Assembly: GCA_951406725.2 (NCBI GenBank)
Contig: OX597830.1
Span: 46,066,001-46,130,000 of the forward strand
DNA length: 64,000 bases
From: Octopus vulgaris
Lineage: Eukaryota
Direction of reading: 5' to 3'
Shown here: one piece after another, positions 13,330-27,690 of the stretch
Layout of the letters: every line of letters begins with the position of its first letter
How positions within the stretch are numbered: the first letter of the stretch is position 1
Program-made: the position numbers and the translations under genes
The notes under the pieces: generated by a model
Database searches by the model: none
What the model saw: the letters and a program-made list of their open reading frames with translations, nothing else
What the model was told of the DNA's origin: nothing

Positions 13330-13790
13330 TGTCCAGTGGACAGTTTCTGTTATCTAGGTAAGTGAATTAGCAACGGGGGTCGATGCTCTGAAAGTATTGT
13401 TTCTAGAATACAAATAGGATGGAGACAGTTCAGGGAGCTACTGCTTCAGTTGACAAGAGAGAAATGAAGGGAATATATTCTGCTGGATGTGCAGAGTCAA
13501 TGTGCATGAATAACAAAGTGCAAATGCATTGAGAGAAAAGTTGGGCATAAGAGAAATCAAATGCAGCATGCAAGTGAGAAGACTACATTGGTTTGGAGAT
13601 GTGATGCGTATGAATGAGGACAGCAGTATAAAGAAGTGCTGGTCACTGAAAGTGGATGGTACCTGTGGAAGAGGGAGACCCAGGAAGACATGGGATGAAG
13701 TGGTGAGGACTGATCTCGGAATGTTGGGACTCACAGAGGAAACGACACTGGACTGAAATGTCTGGTGACATGAGCTTCTGGAGAAGACCC
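13330..13790 (+). mobile_element. RTE-clade LINE ORF C-terminal fragment
   Basis: RRLHWFGDVMRM...GRGRPRKTW motif. Confidence 0.75.
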
Positions 13791-14338
13791 GCCATGTCAG
13801 TGAACCAGAATTCTAGAAGTACTGTGTCCCACAATAAAACTTCCACACACCCTACCCCAACAAACCAAACTACATCCACCCACTTCTCTTCTCTTCCTCA
13901 CATTTCCTCTTCACACACTATGATTATCTCCCACTGCCCAATCCTGTCCTCACCACCCTGCTCACTGCATCGCTGCTGCTTCCCCCCCACCCACCCTCTA
14001 TATACCCAGATTCTCTCCAGTCACTGCATTTCCTCACTCCCAACTCACTACTCCTTGGCAATACCCTGCCAGCACCTGTCACAATTCTCCCTCTTCCTTA
14101 CTCTACAATCTCATCTGCACCCTGATCCCCATTCGTTGCAAGTATAACCCTGGCACTTGCCACTATCCCTCTGCTGCTCTTGCTGTCTCCTACTTTCCCT
14201 TTCCCTTGCTCACCCCTCAGGCTAAGTAATCATAAACCTGTTTCTGCCCTCATTCTTGATCCCTCTCTTGCCAGCTTTCCATCCTTGTCCTGTACCATGT
14301 ATCTCTTTCACAGCAGCACACTTCTTCTTAACTCCCAT

Positions 14339-14374
<36 letters not shown>

Positions 14375-14825
14375 GGTAACTGTTTCTGCCTCTCTGTTAC
14401 ACTCTAATCTTTCCTCAGCTGACACAAGATCACCTCCGCCAATACCCCCTCCCCTTTCAAAGACTCTTTGCCTTGCAATATCATTTGGTGACCCTGCCAG
14501 TCCAGGTGCCACTTAAAAAGCACACAGGCTACATTGTAAAATGGTTGGCATTTGGAAGGGCATCTAGCTGTAAAAATGATGCCAAAACTGACTTCGCCTG
14601 AGTGAGTGCCAGGTAAAAAGCACTATGTCGATTCTACAAAGTGGTTGGTGTTAGGAAGGGCATCCAGCCGTAAAAAATATGCCAAAACACTCAGAAGCAT
14701 GGCGCAGACTCCTGCCTGGCCAGCTCCTGTCGAACTGTCTAACCCATACCAGAATGGAAGGAGGACATTAAACGATGATGATGATGTTGATGATGATAAT
14801 TATGAGAAAATAAAATATAACCAAC

Positions 14826-14893
14826 CTGATATTAAATTGAAAGACTTTGGATTTAGAATTGCTGGACACAATAACCGCAAAAAAATGAATCCA
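14826..14893 (-). CDS. RASA1: Exon 20, GAP signature (GFIFLRLLCPAILNPKSFNLIS)
   Basis: ttcag| acceptor, |gttggt donor; FLR...PAILNP motif. Confidence 0.96.
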
Positions 14894-16859
14894 CTGAAAA
14901 TAAGAAAAAGTAAAAACAGTTTTGATGAAAAATAATGAAAGCTTCATAACAGAGAATAAAATTCAGAAAAGCATCAGGTTAAAGTTTCAATTATCATCCT
15001 AATTGAGTCAATTTAGGATCAACAGAAAGAAGCCCATATTAATCTAGAGAGGAATGACACAGAATACAATTGAGATTTCAATGGGACATGAAACTTAAAA
15101 TTTCTCATGAAACAACTACAAATTAACTCTATTTTTACTTTGTTGATGCAAAAGGTCAACATGGTTCCACACAAAAGGCTTTGATTGTGTAAAATGTTTG
15201 TGAAGGGTGTTTCTTTTTTTCTTTTAACATGTATAAGGGTGCTAAAATAGGTAATGTCAGGATCAACTGTGGGCAATCCTAGTTCTTGGGGAAGGAATTC
15301 AAAACTGGATATGCAAGGCAGTTTTTGTGAACCAATAACCTAAATCTTTAAAAAGTTGTCAAAAAATGCAAATAATTTGACCTTGGTCAAAATGTATTCA
15401 GTAAAAACTGACAAGACTAAAATACCTGAAGGCAGCTTGAGTTAGAAAAAGCCATAAAGAGTAAAGGGTAGAAATTGTCTGTTATGTGAAGGGAGGTGGG
15501 GGATCAAAAAGGGCCAATTGCAAAAGTTCTTTAGAAATGATCTTTGGAAGAGCACAATCCAGCAATAAACTGAAGCCATAAACTGTTTGTTAAAAAGAAG
15601 GTTTAGTATCTGTGAAATCCAACCCATGCCAGCATGGAAAAACAGATGTTGAATGATGATGATGATATTAAATATCCAGAAAATGGTTATTACTGCCAGC
15701 ATGGGATGCTGGCTACACTGCAGTTTTCTCAGTCTTGACGCTTATGCAGTAGACATTCACATAAGCAATATGGTAGGTTGAAAAACTTCAATCAAGATTT
15801 TCCATGCAATTAGTAGACAAAATTAGTAAGAAAATTTATAATCATTAAAAAAAAAAAAGCATTGAAAATAACTCCATTAAAATGAAAATAGTTTTGGAGA
15901 ATATGGAAAATGGAAGTACGAGATTGAAGCTAGTCTTTGAAGCTGACCAGTGAAAGCAATGGCCATCCATGATTTGGTCTTAATGGATCCCCTAAGGCAT
16001 ATTTCATTCAGTCTGAAAGACTAAGTGTGCTGAATAGTATACATTCAGGTGTGGCTGTGTAGGTAAGAAGAGTTGCTTTCCGACCACATGGTTTTGGGTT
16101 CAGTCCCACTGCATGGCACCTTAAGTCTTCTCCTGAAGCCCTGAGACAAACAAAGGCACGTGAGTAGATTTGGTAGATGGAAACTGAAAGAAGCCCATTG
16201 TGTGGGAAAGTCTCTATGACTGGTGTTACCTTTTGTCAATAAAGCTAACAGTTGTGAAAAGCACTTCATTATGTTTGTCTGAAATGTTTCTAGAGCTTAT
16301 CAGAAACTCTTCTAATAACCCAAACCTAAGTTGGTGATTCTGGAAATGTCAGGATATACCTGTTCTCTTAGCTGATAACCATATTCTTGAAGATACAGAC
16401 ATTTAGATTCTGAACCTGATAATGTCATTTTATTTTGGGGAGGTGGAGAATTTCTTGTTCTTAGAAGCCTTCAAGACAGGAATAACTCAGGAAAGGAATT
16501 TATTTTCCAAATATGTTAGCAATGGTTTGTGGAAAAATTTCCAAGTGGTCTAAGTTTCTTTGCGATAAAGGAGAAGAAGCGGGAAGACCTGATATCAGGA
16601 TATCAGGTTTTACTTCTTCTACACAATTAATTAACTTAATTAACTTTGTGAACAATCTGCTATTACTATTTGTTGTTGTTGGGGGATGGGGGGCACACAC
16701 CAACACTAGTTAACTCCAGCCATACCATTCCTGCCATGACTGATGGAGCAAGGGTAAATAAGAAAATGTAATTTTCCTGATGTACAATAAGCCACGAACC
16801 CAGAAATAAAACCAATCCTTGTGGTTCTAAGGAGCTGACACTCAAAAGAAGATACTGTA

Positions 16860-17265
16860 GGCGCAGGAGTGGCTGTATGGTAAGTAGCTTGCTTACCAAC
16901 CACATGGTTCCGGGTTCAGTCCCACTGCATGGCATCTTGGGCAAGTGTCTTCTGCTATAGCCTTGGGCCAACCAATGCCTTGTGAGTGGATTTGGTAGAC
17001 GGAAACTCAAAGAAGCCTGTCGGATATATGTATATATATGTATGTGTGTGTATGTTTGTGTGTCTGTGTTTGTCCCCCTAGCATTGCTTGACAACCGATG
17101 CTGGTGTGTTTATGTCCTCGTCACTTAGTGGTTCGGCAAAAAGAGACCGATGGAATAAGTACTGGGCTTACAAAGAATAAGTCCCGGGGTCGAGTTGCTC
17201 GATTAAAGGTGGTGCTCCAGCATGGCCGCAGTCAAATGACTGAAACAAGTAAAAGAGTAAAAGAG
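16860..17265 (+). mobile_element. tRNA-derived SINE, family A (near full length)
   Basis: TGGCTGT(A/G)TGG...GGTTCAGTCCC head. Copies at 9693-9860, 16046-16203, 42466-42838 and 63836-64000. Confidence 0.75.
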
Positions 17266-17312
17266 TTCATTAACGACTGAATAATTAACAAGAATTATCG
17301 TTTTGTGCTTAC

Positions 17313-17399
17313 CTAACAACTCGTGTACGTACACTTTCATCATCGGGCCACTTGTTTTTGGCACTTCTCTGTAAACAATAGCATATGTGGCGTAACATT
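17313..17399 (-). CDS. RASA1: Exon 19, GAP (MLRHICYCLQRSAKNKWPDDESVRTRVV)
   Basis: atag| acceptor, |gtaagc donor. Confidence 0.95.
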
Positions 17400-19119
17400 C
17401 TATAAGAGAAAGAGAGAACGTTCAATCACATCTTGCACAATAAAGAGCAACACTTTTCTTGTTTTAAAGAAAAGCAAATATCAAATCATTACAGTCATGT
17501 AAAAACTATTTTAAATACCTATTTCTATTTAGTAATGTTACTAAGTTGAAGCAATAAGGCAACAACAACTATACAATGATAGTCGATTTATTCACTGACC
17601 AATATTCTTTTGGTTTCATAAAAATGGGTGGTGGACAAAAGTTGAAATAATCAACAAGAAAACTTTAGGAATTCAAACAAGCTACAGATTAAAACATTTA
17701 AAAAAACTTAAAATACTATTTTTATAATGAATATACAAAAAACATTTTTTTTAAAAACCTAGCAATTTTTGGTTCCAAACATGGTTCAGTTTAAAACTAT
17801 TGCTAACATGATCCATGGATGCTTTTAATCCATTTTGTTGCAAGAATTTAGAACAAATCTCCAATCTCAGAATCCTTCTATTGATGGGCCTCCACCCCTC
17901 CTACTGCAATAACTCATTATCTCCTCCTCCTCCTCCTCTCAGTACCCCTACTAATGTCATTGGTGCTGTCCTTCCACTGATTAATATTATTCCTTACAAA
18001 GATGCATGGCTCAGAGGTTAGGGTATTTGGCTTGCAATCAGGAGTTTGATTCCCAGCAGCTCATTGTGGCCTTGAGCAAGACACTTCATTTCATATTTGT
18101 CCAGTCAGCTGGCAAAAATGAGTCATACCAGTAATACAAAGGAGGGCCAGCCTTGTCACACTCTATTTCACACTGAATCTCCCTGAGAACTACATTAAGG
18201 CTATGCATGTCTGTGGAGTACTCAGCCACTTGCATGTTAATTTCACAAGTTGACTGTTCCATTGGTCAACTAGAACACTTGTTGCAACTGACCAAATGGC
18301 AGTGACAACAGTCACTTATTTTCAATGAAATAAAGGTTCTTCTGATCAGGTTACAGTGATTAGGGAGTTTGTGCTTTGCAACCATGGGTCCCGCATCCAA
18401 TCCCACATGGGCCAGGGATTTTCATCATCAAATCAGATTGACTAAAGCCTGGTAAGGGAATTCTGGACGACAAAATGGATGAAAGACTGTGGTGTGTGTA
18501 TGCATGTCCATGTGTGTGTGTGTGTGTGTGTGTGTATACCTATCGCTGATGTACTGCAGGGAAAGTACACAGTGACAAGAAAAATGTCAAACTATAGCTT
18601 TCAAACAAAAATACCTTGTGGTATTTAATCTGTCCAAGCTGCACAGATACTCCCTTGCCACACTCACCATTGCAAATGCAGTGAGCTAAGGACTGACCTA
18701 TTGGGAAATCTAAAGCCGTAGTGCTGCTGTTCATAAACACACAAAACAAAACAAAAGTAAACTTTCAATCCATCTTTTCAGAAGCCATATTGGGTTATTT
18801 AATAATCACAACAATAAAAAAATAAAATAAAAATAACACCACAAAAACGAACAAAATTAATTCGTTCAAATAAAACTGTATGTTATTAAAACATTTTAAT
18901 AATAATAATAATCCTTTCTACTACATGACAGTAATTTTGTAGGAGGGGCTAAGCTGATTAGATCGGCCCCCAGTGTATAACTGGTACTTATTTCATCAAC
19001 CCTGAAAGGATGAAAGGCAAAGTCAACCTCAATGGCATTCAAACTCAAAATGTAAAGATGGATGAAATGTTGCTTAGCATTCTGTTTAGCTTTTGCTAAC
19101 AATTCCAGCAGCTCACCAC

Positions 19120-19155
<36 letters not shown>

Positions 19156-19407
19156 GTTATTGTTATTATTGCCTTTGCACAGCTTCTAACACTGGAGATG
19201 AACAACAGTGTCAGCTGTTCACTACCAGTGAACTAAGGTAACAACTCTTATTTTTCGAGCACCTTCTGGAGTATTCAAGCAGTTCCAAGCTGTGCTGTTC
19301 TCTCCAAGTGCTCTACCCTTATTGCAGCCCCTATTTGTTCCACATACTTCTCGAGACTTTTGCTCACTGTTCCCAGGACTCCGATAACTAGTGGTACTAC
19401 TGCTACC

Positions 19408-19444
<37 letters not shown>

Positions 19445-20347
19445 GTTATCATCATATTAATAATAATAATAAAACTAATGATGACAAGAATTTCTCATAT
19501 ATATGCATGAGACTTCAAATTTCATGAAAGGGACATGAGAAAAGGAAATGCTGTGATCATCTTTTCTTCAGGGTATTAGTTATAGAGAGGAACTGGTTTC
19601 AAACCAGACTGTGAATTAGGTTCCTCAAAAGTCTACTGCCATAGCACAGTGACCACCACAATGAAAATCATGTGTGGATAGTATTACAATCCTAACAACG
19701 AAATTAATAATCGCTTAGACAGGGACAAGAGCAAAGATTGGACAATAGGGAAAGAATTTGGATTAAACCTGAACACATGATTTATTTTATTTTATTAACC
19801 TCAGTTTGTTGAACTACTAAGTCAACCCACACTCAGTAATCAGAGGGGCAGAGCCAGATATTACTTTACAGCATTCAGGTTGTTAATCTATTTGTGACAC
19901 TCAACCACAATAATACAACAACAACAACAATAACAATTTTTTTTTTTTTTTTTAGTGGAAGACATAGTCTAGTGTGGTTAATCTAGCACAATCTATAATA
20001 CTTGCACATATTTTTATCAACCCCAAATGAATGGAAGCAAGACCAACCTTGGTAGGATTTGAACACAGAATGTAAAGGGACGTAGCTAAATACTGCAAAG
20101 TATTTCGTACGTGGCTCTACTGTTTCTGTCAAAGCACCACCCTAGCTTTATTATTATTTTTTTCTCTTTTGAAATAATTTTGAAGCCATCAATGTCATTT
20201 GGGTTCCTCTAGTCATTATGTAAAAATGGTCATAAGGATAACAATTAAAACACAGATGGAATCTAAAACAAGTTATAACAGAGATTATTTTCTCAAAATG
20301 ACCACCCCTCCTCCTTCCCACAGGAAAACAATACTAGAAATCCTTAC

Positions 20348-20463
20348 AGTGGACAGTATTCAGTGGAGTTGAAAATATCATCAACAGCCCCATTAAGTAA
20401 GATCAGGAAGTGTTCCACATTGCCTTCTAGCTCTGCACAGTTCTCCATTCGAGCAGGGTCAAG
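20348..20463 (-). CDS. RASA1: Exon 18, GAP (LDPARMENC...DDIFNSTEYCP)
   Basis: ctag| acceptor, |gtaagg donor. Confidence 0.93.
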
Positions 20464-20772
20464 CTAGCAAGAACGACAGAAAGAAAGCCGCATTCAGAAA
20501 AACAACTTCAATAATCACCATTTGATGGAGAAAGTTCAACGATAATGGATTCACACTATTTTGTACCTTTTTTTTTTACATCAATTTCAGAGGTTTTTTT
20601 TTTTTTCAATTGACAACAAAAGAATAAACATTAAACATACAAACGTATGTGTGAATAAGTCTATCATAGTCTATATATGTAAGTACATGTGTATTATTCA
20701 TATATTAATTAGGGAATAAAAATTCTGGCGTCACAGGGATTCAAATAAAATGAATTATTCTCAATAAGGAAA

Positions 20773-21367
20773 TATATGCCATTTAGAGACAGGAGTCCCC
20801 ATGCAATTCATCAAATCCTAACAGACATCACACCACATCATAGAATTTTATTTTAATACTTACTATTACTTGGCACTGTTTATTTTATCATCACTAAATT
20901 ATACATTCTTTTCATTATTATATTACAATTTTCTTCATTCCTACATATTATTAATTTCTATGTATGTTTATAGGCATAAGTCATGTTTGAATTTAGTTTT
21001 GTAAATTTTTAATTAATTAATTAATTAATCAAATTATGGCTTGCACGGCAAGTTTCGGCAAATTTATTTGCACACATGCATATTTGTTTGTTAGTTACAT
21101 TCGTAACTGATAAAATATTAATATATAGGAATAGTTATAGAATTATAAAAAAGTTATGAAGAGTCCTCATGATTGGGGTTGCAGTTAAGACATGTTTCTG
21201 AAAGAGACTGAGTGTCTCGGGAACGTTAAACGCACCTCATGAAACAAGTGTAGAAGAGAAATTTGGAACTGAAATAGTAAATATTAAAATAAAATTCCAT
21301 GGTATTGTGTGATGTATATTAGGATTTGATGAATTGCATGGGGATTCCTATCTCTAAATGACATATA
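20773..21367. mobile_element. Element bounded by ~95-bp inverted repeats (PLE-like or MITE)
   Basis: Arms at 20773-20867 and 21273-21367 are reverse complements with scattered mismatches. Confidence 0.55.
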
Positions 21368-21369
21368 AG

Positions 21370-21372
21370 TGC

Positions 21373-21404
<32 letters not shown>

Positions 21405-21565
21405 GTATATAATATATATATAATATATATATATATATATGATATATTATAATATATAATATATATATAATATACACAAATATACATACACACACACATA
21501 TATACACACATAAATATATATATGTGTGTGTGTGTATGTATGTATATATATATATATATATATAT

Positions 21566-21624
<59 letters not shown>

Positions 21625-21675
21625 TATGGACGTTAAATGATGATGATGATGATGATATACATATACACACACACG
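21370..21675. repeat. Compound microsatellite (TA)n/(CA)n/(GATA)n/(GAT)n
   Basis: Direct reading. Confidence 0.9.
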
Positions 21676-23684
21676 TTTTGAAAAGATAGTAGGATCACTA
21701 GTTAGCCATCACTATCAAAGAAATGATTCATGAAAATAAAGCTCTGAGAATTAATTCTTTTAAGAATATTACAAGATTGAAGCAAAATACAGTTTTATGA
21801 TGTTTCAACTGTTAGAGATGGAATGGGTGGTAAGCAGTCTGCAAAAAGACAGCATAATGATTCCACTTGTCCAAGTTTAGTCCACTGAAGTTAGAGCCAT
21901 GGGTCACTGAATAATTGGAGGATTAGCACAAATTAGGGCATCCAGCCATTTAAAAAAAAAATCTGAAAGCTGCTTGATAATGTGAACATTAGAAGACAAG
22001 AATTTATTAAATAAATATTTTATTAAATAAATCTTTTGAAGGAAAGACAAAAAAAGAATATATTTAAAGAATCTGAAAACTCTGAGGGTTATTAAGAATT
22101 TTATGATGTAGAAGGGTTGCTGAGTTAGCAATGCATACTGAATGCACCAGCTTCATGGTGTTACATAGAGAGAATACAACTTCAGTGTTAATTTAATGAA
22201 AGAAATCAAGTGAGTCTTAAAACCCCCAGGGTCCACTGACACTACTTGAAGATGTCTCCTTATAAACCCCAGGGTCTACTGGCATCACTTGAAGGGGTCT
22301 CAGATAAACCAGTTCAGTGAAACGAATTTCTTTTGAAAGTTGTTCAAGACAGGATTTGAACTTTGTACAAGTTCATGGATTGTTACTTAATTATAGTGTG
22401 AAGGCATATGGCTTAGTGGTTAGGGAAATTCGGCTCACAATTGTAAGGTCATGAGTTCAATTCCTGGCAGTGCACCATGTCCTTGAGCGAGACACTTTAT
22501 TTCATGTTACTTCAGTCTACTTAGCTGACAAAAAAGAACCGTACCCATATTTCAAAGGACCGTTCTGTGTCGTGCTGAATCTCTCTAAGAACTATGTTGT
22601 GGTAGACGTGTCTGTGAAGTACTCAGCCACTTGCACATTAATTTCATGTGCAGCCTGTTCCATTGATCAGATCAGCTGGAATTCCCGTCATCATAAGCTG
22701 CAGAGTGCTAGAAACTTAATTATAGTATTGCTACATACTTTGTGCTTCCTAAGTATTTGGGGTCTAAGTAGAAAGAAAGAGCAGTTCCGGTGATGTAATA
22801 CAATCCATCACAAAGACACTGCTGGCTTTGCAGAGAGGGATGCAACAAATGGTGACCTTATAGAAGGTAAGAGAATGGTGGCCTGGGCCAGTGTGGGATC
22901 TTCCAACAATTGAGAATAGCGTTCACTGAGAAGAAATACATTATTTCCTCAGATTTGAAGTTGATGTCTCATGAAAAGACATCAGAGACCATCGAGCAAC
23001 TATAATGATACTACTTTTTAAAATATGCACAAGGCCTGGAATTTGGAGGAAGAGTACAGTAAATGAAATCAATCCTATTTCTTGATTGGCATTTATCAAC
23101 TCTGAAAGGATAAAGGACAAAGTCAACCCAAGCAGGAATTAAACTCAAAACATAAAGGAATTGGAACTAAGAACAGATGCCATACATTCTGTCTGCTCTG
23201 CCATGCAGAGCACAAAATATAAGAACTGATGTTGCTAACATGGTTAAAACAACCATGTGACCTAAACTGACTAATGGAACCCTAAATACACTCACCTGGA
23301 AGCCATTTAAATTTTTTTTTAAATTCTTTTTACTCTGACTTCAAACAGCTGGCGATTTTTTTTTACCTGTTCTATGACTGTTAAACTGTTATCAATATAT
23401 AATTCCAACTGAATGCTCCTTTCTTTCATTTGTTAATTTATATATACACACACACATACATCATACACACTCACACACAGATATATGTATATATGCACAC
23501 ATACTCACACACAGATATATATATGTATATATATATATATATATATAGTCACAATGAGGATATTTGAACCACTTACAGGGATATTTTTTATCCAAGATAC
23601 ACTGGTTTAATATATTATATTTTGAAGAGATATTTCTTCAATGAATGTATTGCATAAAATATCATAAAATATCAAACATTATTA

Positions 23685-23919
23685 TCGAGTTAGAAAACAG
23701 AGAGATTTAATGGATACAAATTAATTTATTAATTACTTAATATATTCACCTGCAATTGTTTCATTTCACAAACAAAATTAAAATTACAAAACATTATATA
23801 TTTATATATGTTTTGTAATTTTAATTTTGCTTGTGAAATGAAACACGATTGTAGGTGAATATGTTAATTAATTAATTAATTAGTTTGTATCCATTAGATC
23901 TCTTTGTTTTCTAACTTGA
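23685..23919. repeat. AT-rich fold-back palindrome, ~110-bp arms
   Basis: TCGAGTTAGAAAACA...AAAACAT and ATGTTTT...TGTTTTCTAACTTGA, centred near 23800. Confidence 0.8.
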
Positions 23920-24045
23920 AAAAAAAAAAATATATATATATATATAACAATTCAAACTTTCCAATTTAAATAACAATGGAATCTGGAATGTTAAATGACG
24001 AGAGAAGAGAGAGAGAATGTGAGAGAGAGAGAGAATATGTCTGTC

Positions 24046-24076
<31 letters not shown>

Positions 24077-27000
24077 ATATCACACAGGCATTTGAAATCT
24101 AATTTATATAAAACAAAACTTCAAGTCGGTTCTTATTCAGAGTTGGTAAGCTTTTTGATGGATGGCAGAGCAATGTAGACGTGAGCCATTGTAGCCAATC
24201 AGCTTAGAAAGGCAGTGACAATGTATAAGAACTGATTTGGCCTGGGATAATCCCTCCAGCCCTTTAAGCATGGAACTGCGGACATAAGATGATGGTGATG
24301 ATGATGATGATGATGACAAGCTACTAATCAAAGCACCGTACGACAGTTGTTCATTCATTTTCAACAATAACAGCAAGACAATTTACAGTGAGAAGCTCAT
24401 TTGAACTGAGTTGGTTAGCCATGAGGAAGAGGGGAAAGTACCGAATGTTTCCCGCTCCCCTTGTCAAGCAGTGATCGTTTATATTCACTAATCACCAACA
24501 TATGACCATAATTAGTTTCTGTGAATCCAACTGTTTATTTTGAAGTTAGACTTCTATAATAATGTTATAAATGCTATTAACATTCCGCATGCTGTAGGGG
24601 ATTATTAAATCAACCCCAGTATTTAACTGGTACTTTATTTTAACAAAGTGAGGTAGATAAAATGTCAAGTTGAAAATTAGAACAAGAAGGGGCTATAATG
24701 AAACACAGCAAAGCATTTTGTCTGATTCCTTAATGATTCTACCAATCATCTGCCTAAATGATTGCTGATCAATTGTTCTGGAACAGTCAAAAGCTCCTGC
24801 CTGGGGCAGTACAATAACTTTACACACATACACACACACATTGCTTAACGATCACCAAATGTCATAATTAATTAAAAAAGGAATAACTGATCAAAGCCAA
24901 CATCAAAATGGTTAGTATTCGTATTTTTTTCCAAAGAAAAAAAGACACAACTAAAAGCCACCTCAAAATGTTTTTAGGAAAAAAATCCTATTAAGTTTAA
25001 CAACAAAGAATATTGTCAATTGTCATTGAAAAGCAAACTGTCTTTCCTTAAAGACCCTAGAAAACAGGTAAATCAGTGGCTCTTGGAATTATTTATTTTC
25101 TTGTCCTGGAAACTTGGTCACTGAAACACTAACAGACATTATTGTCCTTCACTCATTCATCTCTCCTAATTTTCATCTGAAGTTCATCTCTCCTAATATC
25201 ACAGCTGCATTATTTGTAAAACCTCCATCCCCCCACTCCAACTCACCATAGTATTTTCTCTCACCCTATTCCTTCCTTGCAATAAGGTTTACTCCACAGC
25301 TCAATAATACCTCAGGATTCTGGCTTTTAGAGTGTTTCGGTACAATGGTAACACGAAGATATGCCGTATGAACAGAACGAACGTTTGTGGTGCTGCAACT
25401 ACGATTGCCAAATGTTTATTTCTGCTACAGCGTCATCACACATGTCCAAAAGTGTAATTTCTGTTTGGTTTTTACCGTAGCAGCATTTTGTTAGCTATTG
25501 TGTGATGACTGTTTCACTGTAGGTCTCTCCATGTCCTCAGTATATTACATGACTGCTAAGGTCTAAATACTATGTGTATAGATATCACATGACTGTTTAG
25601 GTGTGTATGTCATGGATAGATAACATGTGATGGGTATATTCTATTCTGATGTATATGTTCTGTTGGTATCAGTGATTTACATGTATTTATATGTATTGCA
25701 TTTGGTGATGTTAAAAAAATTGATGTGGAAGTTTAATGCATTCATCCTTAGTAAAGTTGTCCATTATATGTCAGTCATATTGTCATTAGCGCTGAGCTGT
25801 GCCAGGTACTGGATCCCTTATTTCTTTTAGTATAATTTGAGCAAATATTTGTTTCAGAGTGTTTGTTTGTGTTTACTGAATATGCTAAATGTTTAGAATG
25901 AAACAATGTCAGTGCTTTTACAATACTTTGTATGTACAACTTATTTGCTTTGAATGAAATGTGGACATTTGTATCTAGGTTTTAATTGTTAGAGTAATTA
26001 GTCTGGTATGGTCGTGTACTTATAGATGGATGAGGAGAGCTGTGTGAAGAAGTGCCACTCCCAAACAGTTGAAGGAATCTGGGGTAGAGGTAGACCCAGG
26101 AAGACATGGGATGAGGTGGTGAAGGATGACCTTCGTTGTTACCACTTACATACAATGTCCACAACTCGTCAGTGTGATCATCATAGCAAAGTATTTTGCT
26201 ATGACGATCACACTGACATTCCTTTCTTAGTGGTAAGACCATAGAGGGTCGACTTCTAGCATAATGGATGTCCACTTAGTGGTCATCCTCCTGTATGTGT
26301 GCAATATAACTTTTCTGATTCTTCAGATTTTTCTATATGCTAGACTACTGGTTTTAAATTGATATTAATCAAATTAATATTCAATTTTGCACCCTTCTTA
26401 TTTTAAATTTATATATATATATATATCAGTATAATGTTTTATGTCTCCTCCATATTTGTTGAAGATGTGTTTGTGTGTTTATTTTACTCAAGTGATATTG
26501 TGGCCAAGCTGTAGCTTTGTATATATATTACAGAAATGTGTTTTTTATAACAATGTTCTTTTAGGACTGTGATGCATGTCCTAGTGTTAGTTATGTTCAA
26601 AGTAAGACTACTTCCTGTGTATCCAGCATGGTTAAATGATGTTGCATCATATGATATTATTTTATATTTATCAATACCTCTGAAACACGTTCTATTCTTA
26701 GCAGCAGGTTCGTTTGCTAACAAAGACATCCAAGCAGCTCACATCCACCTGTAAATGGCTCCCAGTCTCCAAGCACACTAAAACATCATCACTCTTCAAT
26801 AGAAGACTGTTACTGGGAGAGTAATCAACCTAAGTATTATCGTTAATGTTTGTTATAATAAGGGAATGATATGTGGATTAATAGAAATTAATAAAGTTTT
26901 AGAGTTCAAAAATAGAAATGCGAATATCAGATTAATTTACATTTTGTTAAAATTCTAATCAGGTTTTAGATCCTTTGATTAGATTTAGCCAAAGCTTTTT

Positions 27001-27547
27001 AATTCTTAATAAAAGCAACAACTTAATATGGCAATGTATAGTAGAATATGAAAAAGAGTCTGCTTCCTCAATTCAGTGGCAGAAACATTTGAAAAAGCAA
27101 CAATGGTGCAGTTCTACTGAGATGTTGAAATAGTGACAATGACAAGAATGGCATCAAGTGCTGTTCTTGAGGAAGACGGTTATATTTATCCATCTCTTGT
27201 TAAACATTAAGAATTAAAGGAAAGGAATCATTGTATTTATAAGTAACCCTACATAAATTTGGCAAAATGATTCCAACAAAGAATTGAAGCTAATCACAGA
27301 CTCTGTTTTCCAAGAACTTGCACACAATGCAATAATTACCAAAAACAGTAAGAATAATTACTTAATAAGCATTAAGCATACTTCAGAAAAGAAGAAAGAA
27401 ATGACAAGATATTCATGACTTTCTCTAGAGTATTAGTAAACCATTATAAATGTCAACTGTGAAATAAAGCTTAAACTGTAGAATCAATTCACCAAAGATT
27501 TAATTATGGAAATAATAATCCTGAACATGAGGAAAACCAGTTCTTAC

Positions 27548-27690
27548 TTCACATGACTGTTTGCTTTCTATGATTGTATGGACAGCGTCTTTGGAAGCTT
27601 TTTGTACGAAGGTTGATGCAGTCATTTTCATGTACTGGTCCATCAAGGTGGTAGCTAGTGACGTAGCCCGGAACAGCGTTGACACTTCAT
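27548..27690 (-). CDS. RASA1: Exon 17, GAP arginine finger (EVSTLFRATSLATTLMDQYMK...ESKQSCE)
   Basis: acag| acceptor, |gtaaga donor; FRA catalytic arginine. Confidence 0.96.

Noticed and set aside
15240-16650. Possible nested gene in intron 19
   Set aside because: All frames are interrupted by stops. Faint RT-like words (VIPVLKASK) suggest a very old LINE relic, too weak to call.
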